Positions 7,407 to 15,968 of a stretch of 64,000 nt of DNA are shown here, piece after piece. Under the pieces are notes generated by a model, which was not told where the DNA came from, ran no database searches, and worked only from the letters and a program-made list of their open reading frames with translations. The first letter of the stretch is position 1; every line of letters starts with the position of its first letter. The stretch is taken from positions 13,920 through 77,919 of the forward strand of contig CADAQF010000008.1 of the NCBI GenBank assembly GCA_902790015.1, given 5' to 3'. This stretch comes from an uncultured Eubacteriales bacterium (lineage in GTDB: Bacteria; Bacillota; Clostridia; Christensenellales; Aristaeellaceae). The position numbers and the translations under genes were made by a program.

Positions 7407-8762
7407 ATGGGCAAATATTTCGGGACAGACGGTTTCCGCGGCGAATCCAACGTCGTGCTGACCTTTGACCACGCGGTGAAAACAGGCCGTTTCCTGGGCT
7501 GGTATTTCGGTGCCCGCATCGGCAAAAAAGCGAAGGTGGTCATCGGCAAGGATACCCGCCGGTCGTCCTATATGTATGAATACGGCCTGGTTACGGGCCT
7601 GACCGCGTCCGGGGCGGACGCGTATATCATGCACGTCACCACCACGCCCAGCGTGTCCTACATCACCCGGACGGATGATTTTGACTGCGGCATCATGATC
7701 AGCGCCTCCCATAACCCCTATTACGACAACGGCATCAAGCTGCTGAACAGCAACGGGGAAAAGATGGAGGAGGAAACGCTCCTCAAGGTAGAGGACTATC
7801 TGGACGGCAAGTTTGCCGATATCCCTCTGGCCACCCGGGAAAAGATCGGCTGCACGGTGGACTATGTGGCGGGCCGCAACCGCTATATCGGCTACCTGAT
7901 CTCCACCTCGCGCTTTTCCTTCAAGGGCAAGCGGGTCGGGCTGGACTGCGCCAACGGCGCTTCCTGGTCCATCGCCAAGGCTGTTTTTGACGCTCTCGGC
8001 GCCAAAACCTATGTGATCAACGCGGAGCCCAACGGCGTCAACATCAACCTGGACTGCGGCTCCACCCACATCGAGAGCCTGCAGCGCTTCGTGGTCGGCA
8101 ACGGGCTGGACGTGGGCTTCGCCTTTGACGGCGACGCCGACCGCTGCCTGTGCGTGGATGAAAAGGGCAACGTGATCACCGGCGACCATATCCTGTACGT
8201 ATACGGTCTGTACATGAAGGAAAGAGGCAAACTGGTCAACAACAAGATCGTCACCACGATCATGTCCAACTTTGGCCTGTATAAGGCGCTGGACGCGGTC
8301 GGCATCGAATACGAGAAGACCAAGGTCGGCGATAAATACGTCTACGAAAACATGGTGCAGAACGGCCACCGCATCGGCGGCGAGCAGTCCGGCCATATCA
8401 TCTTCACCAAATACGCCACGACCGGCGACGGCATCCTGACCGCCATCAAGATGATGGAGGTCATGCTGGCCAAGGAAAAGCCCCTGTCCGAGCTGGCCGC
8501 GCCCTGCAAATTCTACCCGCAGGTGCTCAAAAACGTCCGCGTCAAGTCCAAGCCGGACGCCAAAAACGACCCGGACGTGCAGGCCAAGATCGCCGAGGTG
8601 GAGCAGGCGCTTGGCGGCAACGGCCGCATCCTGGTGCGCGAAAGCGGCACGGAGCCGGTGCTGCGCGTGATGGTGGAGGCCGGCAGCGACGAGATCTGCG
8701 AACAGTATGTGGATGCCGTGATCAGCGTGATCAAGCAGAAGGGCCACATCGAGTACCTTTAA
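7407..8762 (+). CDS. glmM: phosphoglucosamine mutase
   Basis: MGKYFGTDGFRGESN, active-site SASHNPYYDNGIK, FDGDADRCL, GGEQSGHIIF. 451 aa. Confidence 0.95.
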   Translation: MGKYFGTDGFRGESNVVLTFDHAVKTGRFLGWYFGARIGKKAKVVIGKDTRRSSYMYEYGLVTGLTASGADAYIMHVTTTPSVSYITRTDDFDCGIMISASHNPYYDNGIKLLNSNGEKMEEETLLKVEDYLDGKFADIPLATREKIGCTVDYVAGRNRYIGYLISTSRFSFKGKRVGLDCANGASWSIAKAVFDALGAKTYVINAEPNGVNINLDCGSTHIESLQRFVVGNGLDVGFAFDGDADRCLCVDEKGNVITGDHILYVYGLYMKERGKLVNNKIVTTIMSNFGLYKALDAVGIEYEKTKVGDKYVYENMVQNGHRIGGEQSGHIIFTKYATTGDGILTAIKMMEVMLAKEKPLSELAAPCKFYPQVLKNVRVKSKPDAKNDPDVQAKIAEVEQALGGNGRILVRESGTEPVLRVMVEAGSDEICEQYVDAVISVIKQKGHIEYL

Positions 8763-8798
8763 TTCAGTATCAGACGACAGAAAGGAATCATTGCCGCC

Positions 8799-9590
8799 AT
8801 GCGCGTAGTCATTCAGGACAATTACGAGCACATGAGCCTGTGGGCCGCTCACTATATCGCAGATAAGATCAACAGCCACAGGGAAGCCCGCCCCTTCGTG
8901 CTGGGCCTGCCGACCGGCTCCTCCCCCCTGGGCGTATACAGGGAGCTGATCCGCATGAACCAGGCGGGGGAGTTAAGCTTTTCCAACGTGGTCACCTTCA
9001 ACATGGACGAATACCTGGGCCTGCCCCATGAGCATGACCAGAGTTACTGGTACTTCATGCACGACAATTTCTTCGATCACCTGACGGACATGAAGCCCGA
9101 AAACATCAACATCCTCAACGGCATGACCGACGACCCGGAGGGGGAATGCCGCCGCTACGAGGAAAAGATCGCCTCCTATGGCGGGATCGACCTGTTTATG
9201 GGCGGCATCGGGGTGGACGGCCATCTGGCCTTCAACGAGCCGTATACGTCGCTGACTTCCCGTACGGGCGTCAGGAACCTGACGACGGATACCCGCATCG
9301 TCAACAGCCGCTTCTTTGGCAACGACCCCGAAAAGGTACCGGCCCAGGCCCTGTCCGTCGGCATCGGCACGGTGACGGATTCCAAAGAGGTCCTGGTGCT
9401 GATCAGCGGCCATAATAAGGCCCGCGCCCTGGCGGCCGTGGTCGAGGGCGGCGTCAGCCAGAAATGGACCTGCAGCGCCCTGCAGCTGCACAATGGCGCC
9501 ATCATCGCCTGCGACGAGGAAGCCTGCGGCGAACTGACGGTGGACACCTACAAGTATTTCCTGGATATCGAAAAGAACGAAAGGCTGTAA
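8799..9590 (+). CDS. nagB: glucosamine-6-phosphate deaminase
   Basis: 263 aa, colinear with enterobacterial NagB: FVLGLPTGSSPLGVYRELI...VVTFNMDEYLGLPHEHDQSYWYFMHDNFFDH...GGIGVDGHLAFNEP. Confidence 0.95.
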   Translation: MRVVIQDNYEHMSLWAAHYIADKINSHREARPFVLGLPTGSSPLGVYRELIRMNQAGELSFSNVVTFNMDEYLGLPHEHDQSYWYFMHDNFFDHLTDMKPENINILNGMTDDPEGECRRYEEKIASYGGIDLFMGGIGVDGHLAFNEPYTSLTSRTGVRNLTTDTRIVNSRFFGNDPEKVPAQALSVGIGTVTDSKEVLVLISGHNKARALAAVVEGGVSQKWTCSALQLHNGAIIACDEEACGELTVDTYKYFLDIEKNERL

Positions 9591-9611
9591 AAAGCTTTAA
9601 GCCCATCATAA

Positions 9612-9659
9612 AGCGGCGCTCCGTGGTCCCTGAGGTCACGGAGCGCCGCTGTTCTTTTT
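9612..9659 (+). terminator. rho-independent terminator after nagB
   Basis: AGCGGCGCTCCGTG ...11 nt... CACGGAGCGCCGCT followed by GTTCTTTTTA. Confidence 0.8.
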
Positions 9660-9678
9660 ATATCGGGTGAACGGCCTG

Positions 9679-10392
9679 TCAGGCGTCTTCAAAAAACTCC
9701 AGCGCGTCATACCAGGTCAGCGACCGGGCGACGTCGTGGCCGAACTCTTTTTCGAGGGTCTGGTAGCACCGGGTCATGCAGGGCTCCCGGCCCTTCATGT
9801 CGTGCGTGTCGGTAGATACGTAGTCCAGCAGCTGCTCTTTGATCAGCTGCCCGAGCCACCGCCGGCGCAGGAAGGGCTGCTTGTCCACGAAGGTGTGGCA
9901 GTTGACCTGCAGACGGACGCCGAAGTCCTCCTTCATCTGGCGGACGTGCTTAAGGTTATTCATGGCCTCATAGCGCTCAATGTGGGCGAACACCGGGCGG
10001 TAGCCGGCGTTGCGGACCTTCTGGGCGGCCTCCTGCATGCGCTCGAGCTTTTCACCGGGCACGAATTCCACCAGCGTAAAATCGCTGCCGGCCAGCGTCA
10101 GCGCCCTGCCCTCCCGCAGATACCGGGAGGCCGCGTCGGTGTAGAGGATCTCATGGCCGGTGTACAATTCCATCTCCCAGCCCTGCGATTTAACAAAGGC
10201 CTGGGCCTGGGCAAAGTGGGCCTGATAGTCCTCCATGGGGAAATGGCGCTGGCTGGGGGTGATGTGGGAGGTGGAAATGAGCTTCGTGACCCCGTCCTCG
10301 TGCAGCGCGGTCAGCAGCTTTTCCATCGCTTCCTGTGTTTTGCAGCCGTCGTCCACGCCGTAGACGAAGTGGTTGTGCATGTCGATATACAT
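9679..10392 (-). CDS. PHP-family protein-tyrosine phosphatase (CpsB/YwqE type)
   Basis: MYIDMHNHFVYGVDDGCKT...LISTSHITP...FAHIERY...VSTDTHD metal-binding histidine pattern of CpsB. ATG at 10392 chosen (AAGGAG upstream). The ORF track starts at a TTG at 10419. Confidence 0.8.
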   Translation of the reverse strand: MYIDMHNHFVYGVDDGCKTQEAMEKLLTALHEDGVTKLISTSHITPSQRHFPMEDYQAHFAQAQAFVKSQGWEMELYTGHEILYTDAASRYLREGRALTLAGSDFTLVEFVPGEKLERMQEAAQKVRNAGYRPVFAHIERYEAMNNLKHVRQMKEDFGVRLQVNCHTFVDKQPFLRRRWLGQLIKEQLLDYVSTDTHDMKGREPCMTRCYQTLEKEFGHDVARSLTWYDALEFFEDA

Positions 10393-10415
10393 GAATGAAA
10401 AGGACTCCTTACCTG

Positions 10416-10859
10416 TCAATAAAAGCCCCCGGACGGGTAATCGGCGCCGGCACCGTATTTGAGCTGATTGAGGACCTTCCGGATGGCGTCGGTGGTCTGG
10501 GCGATCTTGCGGCGGGTCTCCTGGATGCGGGACTGCACTAAAAAGTCCGCCACGAAGCCGTCAAAAAAGTAGTCCGCAAAGGACAGGAAATCCCCGCCCA
10601 GCGCCCAGCCGTCCGGCATGTCTATGTCGCTGAGCTCGGTGCGGAAGCGGGCCAGATCGTCCCGCGCGTCCTCCAGATAGCGAGCGGCCTCGCTCATGCG
10701 GGAGCGCTTGATGAACGTGGTCAGCATCCCGCCGCCCAGCATATCGACAAGCCCCCAGTTCTTCGCGCTGGACAGGGACTTTTCCGCCGCGGCCAGGCTG
10801 GACAGGGCCCTTTCGCCCGCGGCGATGGCCTCGTTGACTTCTTTTTCATGGTCGTACAC
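10416..10859 (-). CDS. hypothetical soluble protein (about 147 aa)
   Basis: GTG at 10859, 8 nt after GGAGGAG. Helical, no TM segment. Contains NWGLVDMLGGGMLTTFIKRS. No family recognised. Forms an operon with the phosphatase gene. Confidence 0.55.
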   Translation of the reverse strand: MYDHEKEVNEAIAAGERALSSLAAAEKSLSSAKNWGLVDMLGGGMLTTFIKRSRMSEAARYLEDARDDLARFRTELSDIDMPDGWALGGDFLSFADYFFDGFVADFLVQSRIQETRRKIAQTTDAIRKVLNQLKYGAGADYPSGGFY

Positions 10860-10898
10860 GCTCAATTCTCCTCCTGTTCGGTCGTTCAGGACGATCCT

Positions 10899-10927
10899 AT
10901 TATAAACAATTTCGCGGCGGAGCGCAA
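10899..10927 (-). promoter_or_regulatory. candidate promoter for hypothetical-phosphatase pair
   Basis: Minus strand: TTGCGC, 17 nt, TATAAT. Confidence 0.45.
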
Positions 10928-10977
10928 GAGGCCCTGAAAATACAAGGCAGTCCGCAGCCCGCAGGAGGAGACTGACG

Positions 10978-11009
10978 AAAAAAACCCGGAGGGATCGCTT
11001 CCTCCGGGC
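10978..11009 (-). terminator. rho-independent terminator of the ABC transporter operon
   Basis: Minus strand: CCCGGAGG aagcgat CCCTCCGGG followed by TTTTTTT. Confidence 0.8.
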
Positions 11010-11038
11010 CATAGTTCTAAACAGGTTTTTTCGGTCTG

Positions 11039-12520
11039 TTATTCCTTGACGCCGCCCAGGGCCACGCCGGCGATGATGTACTTGCTGAACACAAAGTACA
11101 CGATGATCAGCGGCAGCGCCGTCAGGGTAAGGCCTAAGTAGATGGAGCCGTATTCCGTGCGGTAGATATCACCGCGCAGCTCCTGCACCATCATAGGCAG
11201 GGTCTTAAGACCCGGGTCGGTAAACAGCATCAAGGGAGTCAGATAGTTGTTCCAGGACCCGATGACAGCCATGATGCCCATGGTAGCCATCGCGGGCACC
11301 ATGATGGGCAGGATGATGCTGTTGAAGGTGCGGATCTCGCCGCAGCCGTCGATGCGCGCGGCCTCAACCAGAGACAGCTGGAGGTTGGCCTCCAGGTACT
11401 GCCGGAAGAAGAACACCGTGGAAGCGGCGGCGATGGACGGGATGATCAGCGCCAGGCGGTTGTTGACCCAGTGCAGCTGGTACATGAACATGAAGAAGCC
11501 GGTGCCGGTGACCTGGCCGGGGATCATGATGATGGCCAGCACGACCGCGTAGAGGAACTTGTTGCCCTTGAACTGGTACACCTTGAAGCCGTAGGCCGTC
11601 ATGGCGGAGAAATACACGCTCAGGATGGTGGAGCCAAAGGCGATGATCGCGCTGTTCTTGAAGCCGATGGATACGTCGAAGTTCTTGGTGGCCAGCACGT
11701 TCCAGTTATACTGCAGGTAGTTGCCGGGGATCAGGCTCACGCCCTGCTGGATGGCCTGGCTGGAGCGGGTGGCGTTGACGATCATGATCCAGAACGGGAC
11801 GATGGCCAGGGCGCTCAGGCAGGAGCAGAACACGTAGATCATGCTCCGCTTGGAGTTATGCACGCCCTGCACATGGGCCGCGAAGGAAATGATAGAGCCG
11901 GCGACGACCATCAGCACCACGGGCACATGCAGGGTGGCGTTGCCGTAGGGGAGCTTGATGGGGAAGGCGGCCAGCCGCAGGATGCTGTAGCAGGCCAGGA
12001 TGATGCCGAACAGCTGGGTGAAGGACGCGATGGTGTACAGCTTGCTGGCGTCCTTATTGCCCGCCAGCACCACCAGGCCGATGGAGATGATGAAGAGGCC
12101 CAGGGCCACCCAGACGCAGGCGTAGTACACGGGGAAGTTCCAGTTGTAAATCTTGAACTGGTTGACTACCTGCATGTCGATCTCAAGCTCAGCGGGGAGC
12201 TTGCCGGGAAGCAGGGCGTAGGAAAGGCCGTTGGCACTGTTGGCGCTTGCGGCAGCCTGCTCGGCGATCAGCGCGTCCAGTTTATCCTGTTCCTTCTGAA
12301 CCTTGTCGCGCTGCTTCTGGATGTCCGCCTCGGACTTTTTTCCGCCGGCGATCCAGCGGTCGAGCTGAGACTGCGCGCTTTCCACTTTGCCCTGCTGCTT
12401 TTCGATATCGGCGGCCATGGAAGCGGAGGAATTATCATTGAAGGTGGCGATGGGCAGGAACATGCCGATGATGGCGATGCACATGAAGACGATCACGATG
12501 ATCTTGCGTGTCTTTTTCAT
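11039..12520 (-). CDS. carbohydrate ABC transporter permease (MalG-like) with about 210-aa N-terminal extension
   Basis: The C-terminal about 280 aa has the typical CUT1 permease fold, including the EAA-type loop LVEAARIDGCGEIRTFNSIILP. The N-terminus has one TM, a coiled-coil stretch (ADIEKQQGKVESAQSQLDRW...QKQRDKVQKEQDKLDALIAEQ) and 3 more TMs. ATGA overlap with the upstream permease. Confidence 0.9.
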   Translation of the reverse strand: MKKTRKIIVIVFMCIAIIGMFLPIATFNDNSSASMAADIEKQQGKVESAQSQLDRWIAGGKKSEADIQKQRDKVQKEQDKLDALIAEQAAASANSANGLSYALLPGKLPAELEIDMQVVNQFKIYNWNFPVYYACVWVALGLFIISIGLVVLAGNKDASKLYTIASFTQLFGIILACYSILRLAAFPIKLPYGNATLHVPVVLMVVAGSIISFAAHVQGVHNSKRSMIYVFCSCLSALAIVPFWIMIVNATRSSQAIQQGVSLIPGNYLQYNWNVLATKNFDVSIGFKNSAIIAFGSTILSVYFSAMTAYGFKVYQFKGNKFLYAVVLAIIMIPGQVTGTGFFMFMYQLHWVNNRLALIIPSIAAASTVFFFRQYLEANLQLSLVEAARIDGCGEIRTFNSIILPIMVPAMATMGIMAVIGSWNNYLTPLMLFTDPGLKTLPMMVQELRGDIYRTEYGSIYLGLTLTALPLIIVYFVFSKYIIAGVALGGVKE

Positions 12521-13800
12521 ACCTTCGCCACCTTCTTTCCGGCCTTCTGCGGCTTGGGCTCATGCTCGTTCAGTACGTAGCGGATCAGCAGGGAGCCCAC
12601 GATGATGATCCCGAACAGGACGACGGAAGCGGCGGAAGCCATGTTGAAGTTGCGGCTGCCGGTGAAGCCCTGGGTGTAGATGAAGCGGGCCACGGTGTTG
12701 GTGGTCTCGTTCGGGTTGCCCTGGGTCATCATGTGCGGGATATCGAACATGGTCAGACCGCCGACCAGGGAGGTCGTCAGGTTGTAGACCAGGATGGGCT
12801 TGATCAGCGGCAGGGTGATCTTCCAGAAGGTCTGGCGGGAGGAGCAGCCGTCCACCAGCGCCGCCTCAAACAGGGAGGGGTTGATGCCCGAGATACCGGC
12901 GATCATGATGATCATGGTATTGCCGCACCACATCCACCACTGGATGAAGGAAATCAGGCCGCGGCTCCAGGCTACCGAGCGGAAGTATTCCACCGGCATA
13001 TTGGAAAGGCCGGCCGTCTGGATGAAGGTGTTTACCGGGCCCACAGGGTACGCAAAGAAGCTCATGAACAGCATACCGATGGTAGCCGCGGTGATGATGT
13101 TGGGCATGAAGATCGTGACCTTGAAGAAGCCCTGGGCCTTGAGCCTCATCCGGCTGTCGGTAAACCAGGAGGCCAGGATCAGCGCCAGACCCAGCTGGGG
13201 CACAAAGTTGAAAAACCAGATGATGATCGTGTTGCCCAGCGCGCCCCAGAATTTTGCGTACACCAGGCTGTTCGGGTCGAACAGCTGGCGGAAGTTTTCA
13301 AAGCCGATGATGTTGTTGTTCAGCACCTTTTCCCAGCCGACGGCGTCGGTCAGGGAGGTACGGAAGGTGAAGAAGATCGGATACAGCTGGAAGATCAGAA
13401 AGGTGATGAAGAAGGGCGCAATAAAGATATAGCCCCAATGGCTGTAATTAACACTTTTTGACTTTGGTTCACTAATAGCTTTCGACTTGCCAGCACTAAA
13501 AGGCTTGTAAATATATATTAACACGCCAGCAACAAAAAGGAGAATAATTCCAACAATAAGGAAAGCTACTCTATGTCTTGTGTAATATACAACAAAGTTA
13601 TTTCCAGTACCGAGCAGAGTAGCAAAGTCGATAGCAGCATCAATTTGTGCGGTTGTGAGATTAGTCTCTTTGGATGCATGTGAATACCTTACGAAGCCAT
13701 CTATTGACAATCCTACAAGCACGATGCCCAAAGCAAGAGCAATGATTATGAATGCCGTTAAGACTTTATGTGCTCTTTCTGCAATACTATGGTCTTGCAA
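12517..13800 (-). CDS. carbohydrate ABC transporter permease (MalF-like) with about 120-aa N-terminal extension
   Basis: TTG start 8 nt after AAAGGAGGA. The core from WGYIFIAPFFITFLIFQLYPIFFTF onward includes FEAALVDGCSSRQTFWKITLP. Two extra TM helices precede it, encoded by AT-rich DNA. Confidence 0.9.
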   Translation of the reverse strand: MQDHSIAERAHKVLTAFIIIALALGIVLVGLSIDGFVRYSHASKETNLTTAQIDAAIDFATLLGTGNNFVVYYTRHRVAFLIVGIILLFVAGVLIYIYKPFSAGKSKAISEPKSKSVNYSHWGYIFIAPFFITFLIFQLYPIFFTFRTSLTDAVGWEKVLNNNIIGFENFRQLFDPNSLVYAKFWGALGNTIIIWFFNFVPQLGLALILASWFTDSRMRLKAQGFFKVTIFMPNIITAATIGMLFMSFFAYPVGPVNTFIQTAGLSNMPVEYFRSVAWSRGLISFIQWWMWCGNTMIIMIAGISGINPSLFEAALVDGCSSRQTFWKITLPLIKPILVYNLTTSLVGGLTMFDIPHMMTQGNPNETTNTVARFIYTQGFTGSRNFNMASAASVVLFGIIIVGSLLIRYVLNEHEPKPQKAGKKVAKV

Positions 13801-13928
13801 AGTCAGATCCTCCTTTCTCTATGCAAACTTCTTCCCGTTTACACAGGAAACGGGGCTGCCCCCGCCGTCAGGCAAGAGACAGCCCCGCGAGGTTACCTTA
13901 CAGTAACCAGTTGACCGGGCGCAGCCGA

Positions 13929-15299
13929 TTATTCCACGGTGATGGTGGTGATGGCGGCGGCAACAGCGGTCTTGAAGTTCGCCAGAGCGGTGTCGAGGTC
14001 AACTTCGCCGCGCTCATAGGGCGTGGTCACGTTGTCGCTGAACAGGGTGTTGATGGTGCTGTCATATTCGCTCATCAGGGAGCCGTTGGCCAGAGCCGCG
14101 GCGGAAGCGAAGATGGCATAGTGATCCTGGCCGCCCAGGAAGGGGTTCGGGGTGCCGCCGTTGGCCAGGATGGTCTCCACAGCCTTGGCAGAACCGACGA
14201 AGTCGCCGCTGTCGGCAGCGTACTGCACCAGCCAGTCCTCATTCAGGGAGAAGAAGTAGATCAGGTCGTGCATAGCGGCCTTCTTGGCGTCGTCCGCCTG
14301 AGCGGCCTTCGCGGCGTTGATGCCCATCCAGGTGCCGCCCCAGCTGTAGGCCACAGGGCCGTCAACCAGACGCCAGTCACCATAGGTGCCGTTTTCAGTA
14401 GCGTTCTTGATGTTCTCTTCGGAATCGGGGTTCTCAGCATCCCAGCCGGCAACGCAGTTGGGCTTCAGGGTGTAGTGCAGACCCCAGGTGGGCAGGAAGT
14501 AGCACAGGGTCTCGTTGTCGCCGCGCATACCGGCGAACCAGATCTCGGACCAGGCGCCGCCCTTCTGGGTCAGGTCGTCTTCGTACAGAGCCTTGCACAG
14601 CTCTTCGTAGTCCAGCAGTTCGTCGTCGATGACCAGCTTGCCGTCCACGACCCAGGGCTCGCTGCGCTGATACTGATAGGCGTTCCAGACGTCGCCGGAG
14701 CCGGTGATCATCTTGCAGGCGCCTTCAGACTTTTCCTTCAGTTCCTGAGCGGTTTCAAGGAAGGTATCCCAGTCAGAAACCTTCTCCTGGAATTCTTCGG
14801 GAGAGGTGACGCCCAGGTACTTTTCAGCCAGGGAAGCACGATACATAAGAACGCCGGGGGTGGACTGCCAGCTCAGGCCCTTCTGGACGCCGGCAGCGTT
14901 CTGGCCGATCTGAGCCATGACGGGGAAAGCGGTTCCCAGTTCTTCATCGGTGAAGCCGATGCTCTTGAGGTCGCCGGTCCAGTCGGATTCGACATAGCGC
15001 TTCACGAAAGCAGCTTCCAGGGTGAAGATGTCAGGCGCTTCGGCGCTGACAGCGGCTTCCGGGACACCCAGCAGGTTGTCGACCTTGGTGACATAAGCAT
15101 CGCCGTCCGTGGGATAGATCTGGAATTCGATCTCGAGTTCGGGATGATTCGGGAGATAATACTTCTCGATCATGCCCTGCAGCTCGTTGGTGAAAGACCA
15201 GACAACCAGCTTGATCTTGCCTTCTTCAGCGCTGGCGATTCCGCCGACGCAGCCCAGTACCAGCATGATGGACAGGGCCAGAGCTACGAGTTTCTTCAT
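13929..15299 (-). CDS. ABC transporter extracellular solute-binding lipoprotein (sugar type)
   Basis: ATG at 15299 behind AAGGAGG. Signal/lipobox MKKLVALALSIMLVLGC. 456 aa SBP family-1-like. A partial hairpin follows the stop, as is usual between SBP and permease genes. Confidence 0.9.
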   Translation of the reverse strand: MKKLVALALSIMLVLGCVGGIASAEEGKIKLVVWSFTNELQGMIEKYYLPNHPELEIEFQIYPTDGDAYVTKVDNLLGVPEAAVSAEAPDIFTLEAAFVKRYVESDWTGDLKSIGFTDEELGTAFPVMAQIGQNAAGVQKGLSWQSTPGVLMYRASLAEKYLGVTSPEEFQEKVSDWDTFLETAQELKEKSEGACKMITGSGDVWNAYQYQRSEPWVVDGKLVIDDELLDYEELCKALYEDDLTQKGGAWSEIWFAGMRGDNETLCYFLPTWGLHYTLKPNCVAGWDAENPDSEENIKNATENGTYGDWRLVDGPVAYSWGGTWMGINAAKAAQADDAKKAAMHDLIYFFSLNEDWLVQYAADSGDFVGSAKAVETILANGGTPNPFLGGQDHYAIFASAAALANGSLMSEYDSTINTLFSDNVTTPYERGEVDLDTALANFKTAVAAAITTITVE

Positions 15300-15419
15300 A
15301 ATGAGAAACCTCCTTGTTTTTTTTGCGGCAGAGCCGCTATTCAAACAGCGTTGCGCTGTTCGGACCGCATTAATAGACCACACAGATCATAACGGGTATC
15401 ACCAATTTCAACCAAATAT

Positions 15420-15448
15420 ATTATATCCGAACCGGAAATCGATTGCAA
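15420..15448 (-). promoter_or_regulatory. candidate promoter of the ABC transporter operon
   Basis: Minus strand: TTGCAA, 17 nt, TATAAT, in an AT-rich spacer. Confidence 0.5.
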
Positions 15449-15544
15449 GCTGTTTTTTGTCATAATATGCCCATTTTTATCTCATTTTTTGCTCGATATG
15501 AACAAAAATGGGGACTTTGCGCCCTTATTCGGCGAATAAAAAAC

Positions 15545-15574
15545 AATAAAAAAACGCCGCGTATAAAACGCGGC
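15545..15574 (-). terminator. rho-independent terminator after rpmB
   Basis: Minus strand: GCCGCG ttttata CGCGGC followed by GTTTTTTTATTG. Confidence 0.7.
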
Positions 15575-15588
15575 ATTCGGGATCAGCT

Positions 15589-15822
15589 TTATTCTTCCGC
15601 AGCGGCTTCGGCGACCGGGGCCTTCATGGCCGGCATGGCGCGCTGCACATAGCCGCTGCGCAGGCAGCGGGTGCACACGTTGATCCGCATGGGCGTACCG
15701 CCGATGATCACGCGCACGGACTGAACATTGGGCGCCCAGATGCGGTTGGTCTTGCGGTTGGAATGGCTGACCTTATGGCCGCTCATTTTGCCCTTCGCGC
15801 AAATTTCACAATACTTTCCCAT
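15589..15822 (-). CDS. rpmB: 50S ribosomal protein L28
   Basis: MGKYCEICAKGKMSGHKVSHSNRKTNRIWAPNVQSVRV..., with a short Ala/Glu-rich C-terminal tail. Confidence 0.9.
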   Translation of the reverse strand: MGKYCEICAKGKMSGHKVSHSNRKTNRIWAPNVQSVRVIIGGTPMRINVCTRCLRSGYVQRAMPAMKAPVAEAAAEE

Positions 15823-15968
15823 TTTGAAAATCCCCTCCTGGTCATATCACGCGCTCTCGCGCGGTACGAGTCGTCTTTGACAACCACAACATATTAGCAT
15901 GTTTTCAGGCAAAAAGCAAGGGCTTTCCGGGCCGCAAAGACCGGAAAAATGCTTTTTTCGGGGAAAAA

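Noticed and set aside
15443-15456. cre-like catabolite-control site (TTGCAATCGATTTCC) overlapping the -35 of the sugar ABC operon promoter.
   Set aside because: It has two mismatches to the TGWNANCGNTNWCA consensus, including a terminal position. This is too weak to call without comparative support.
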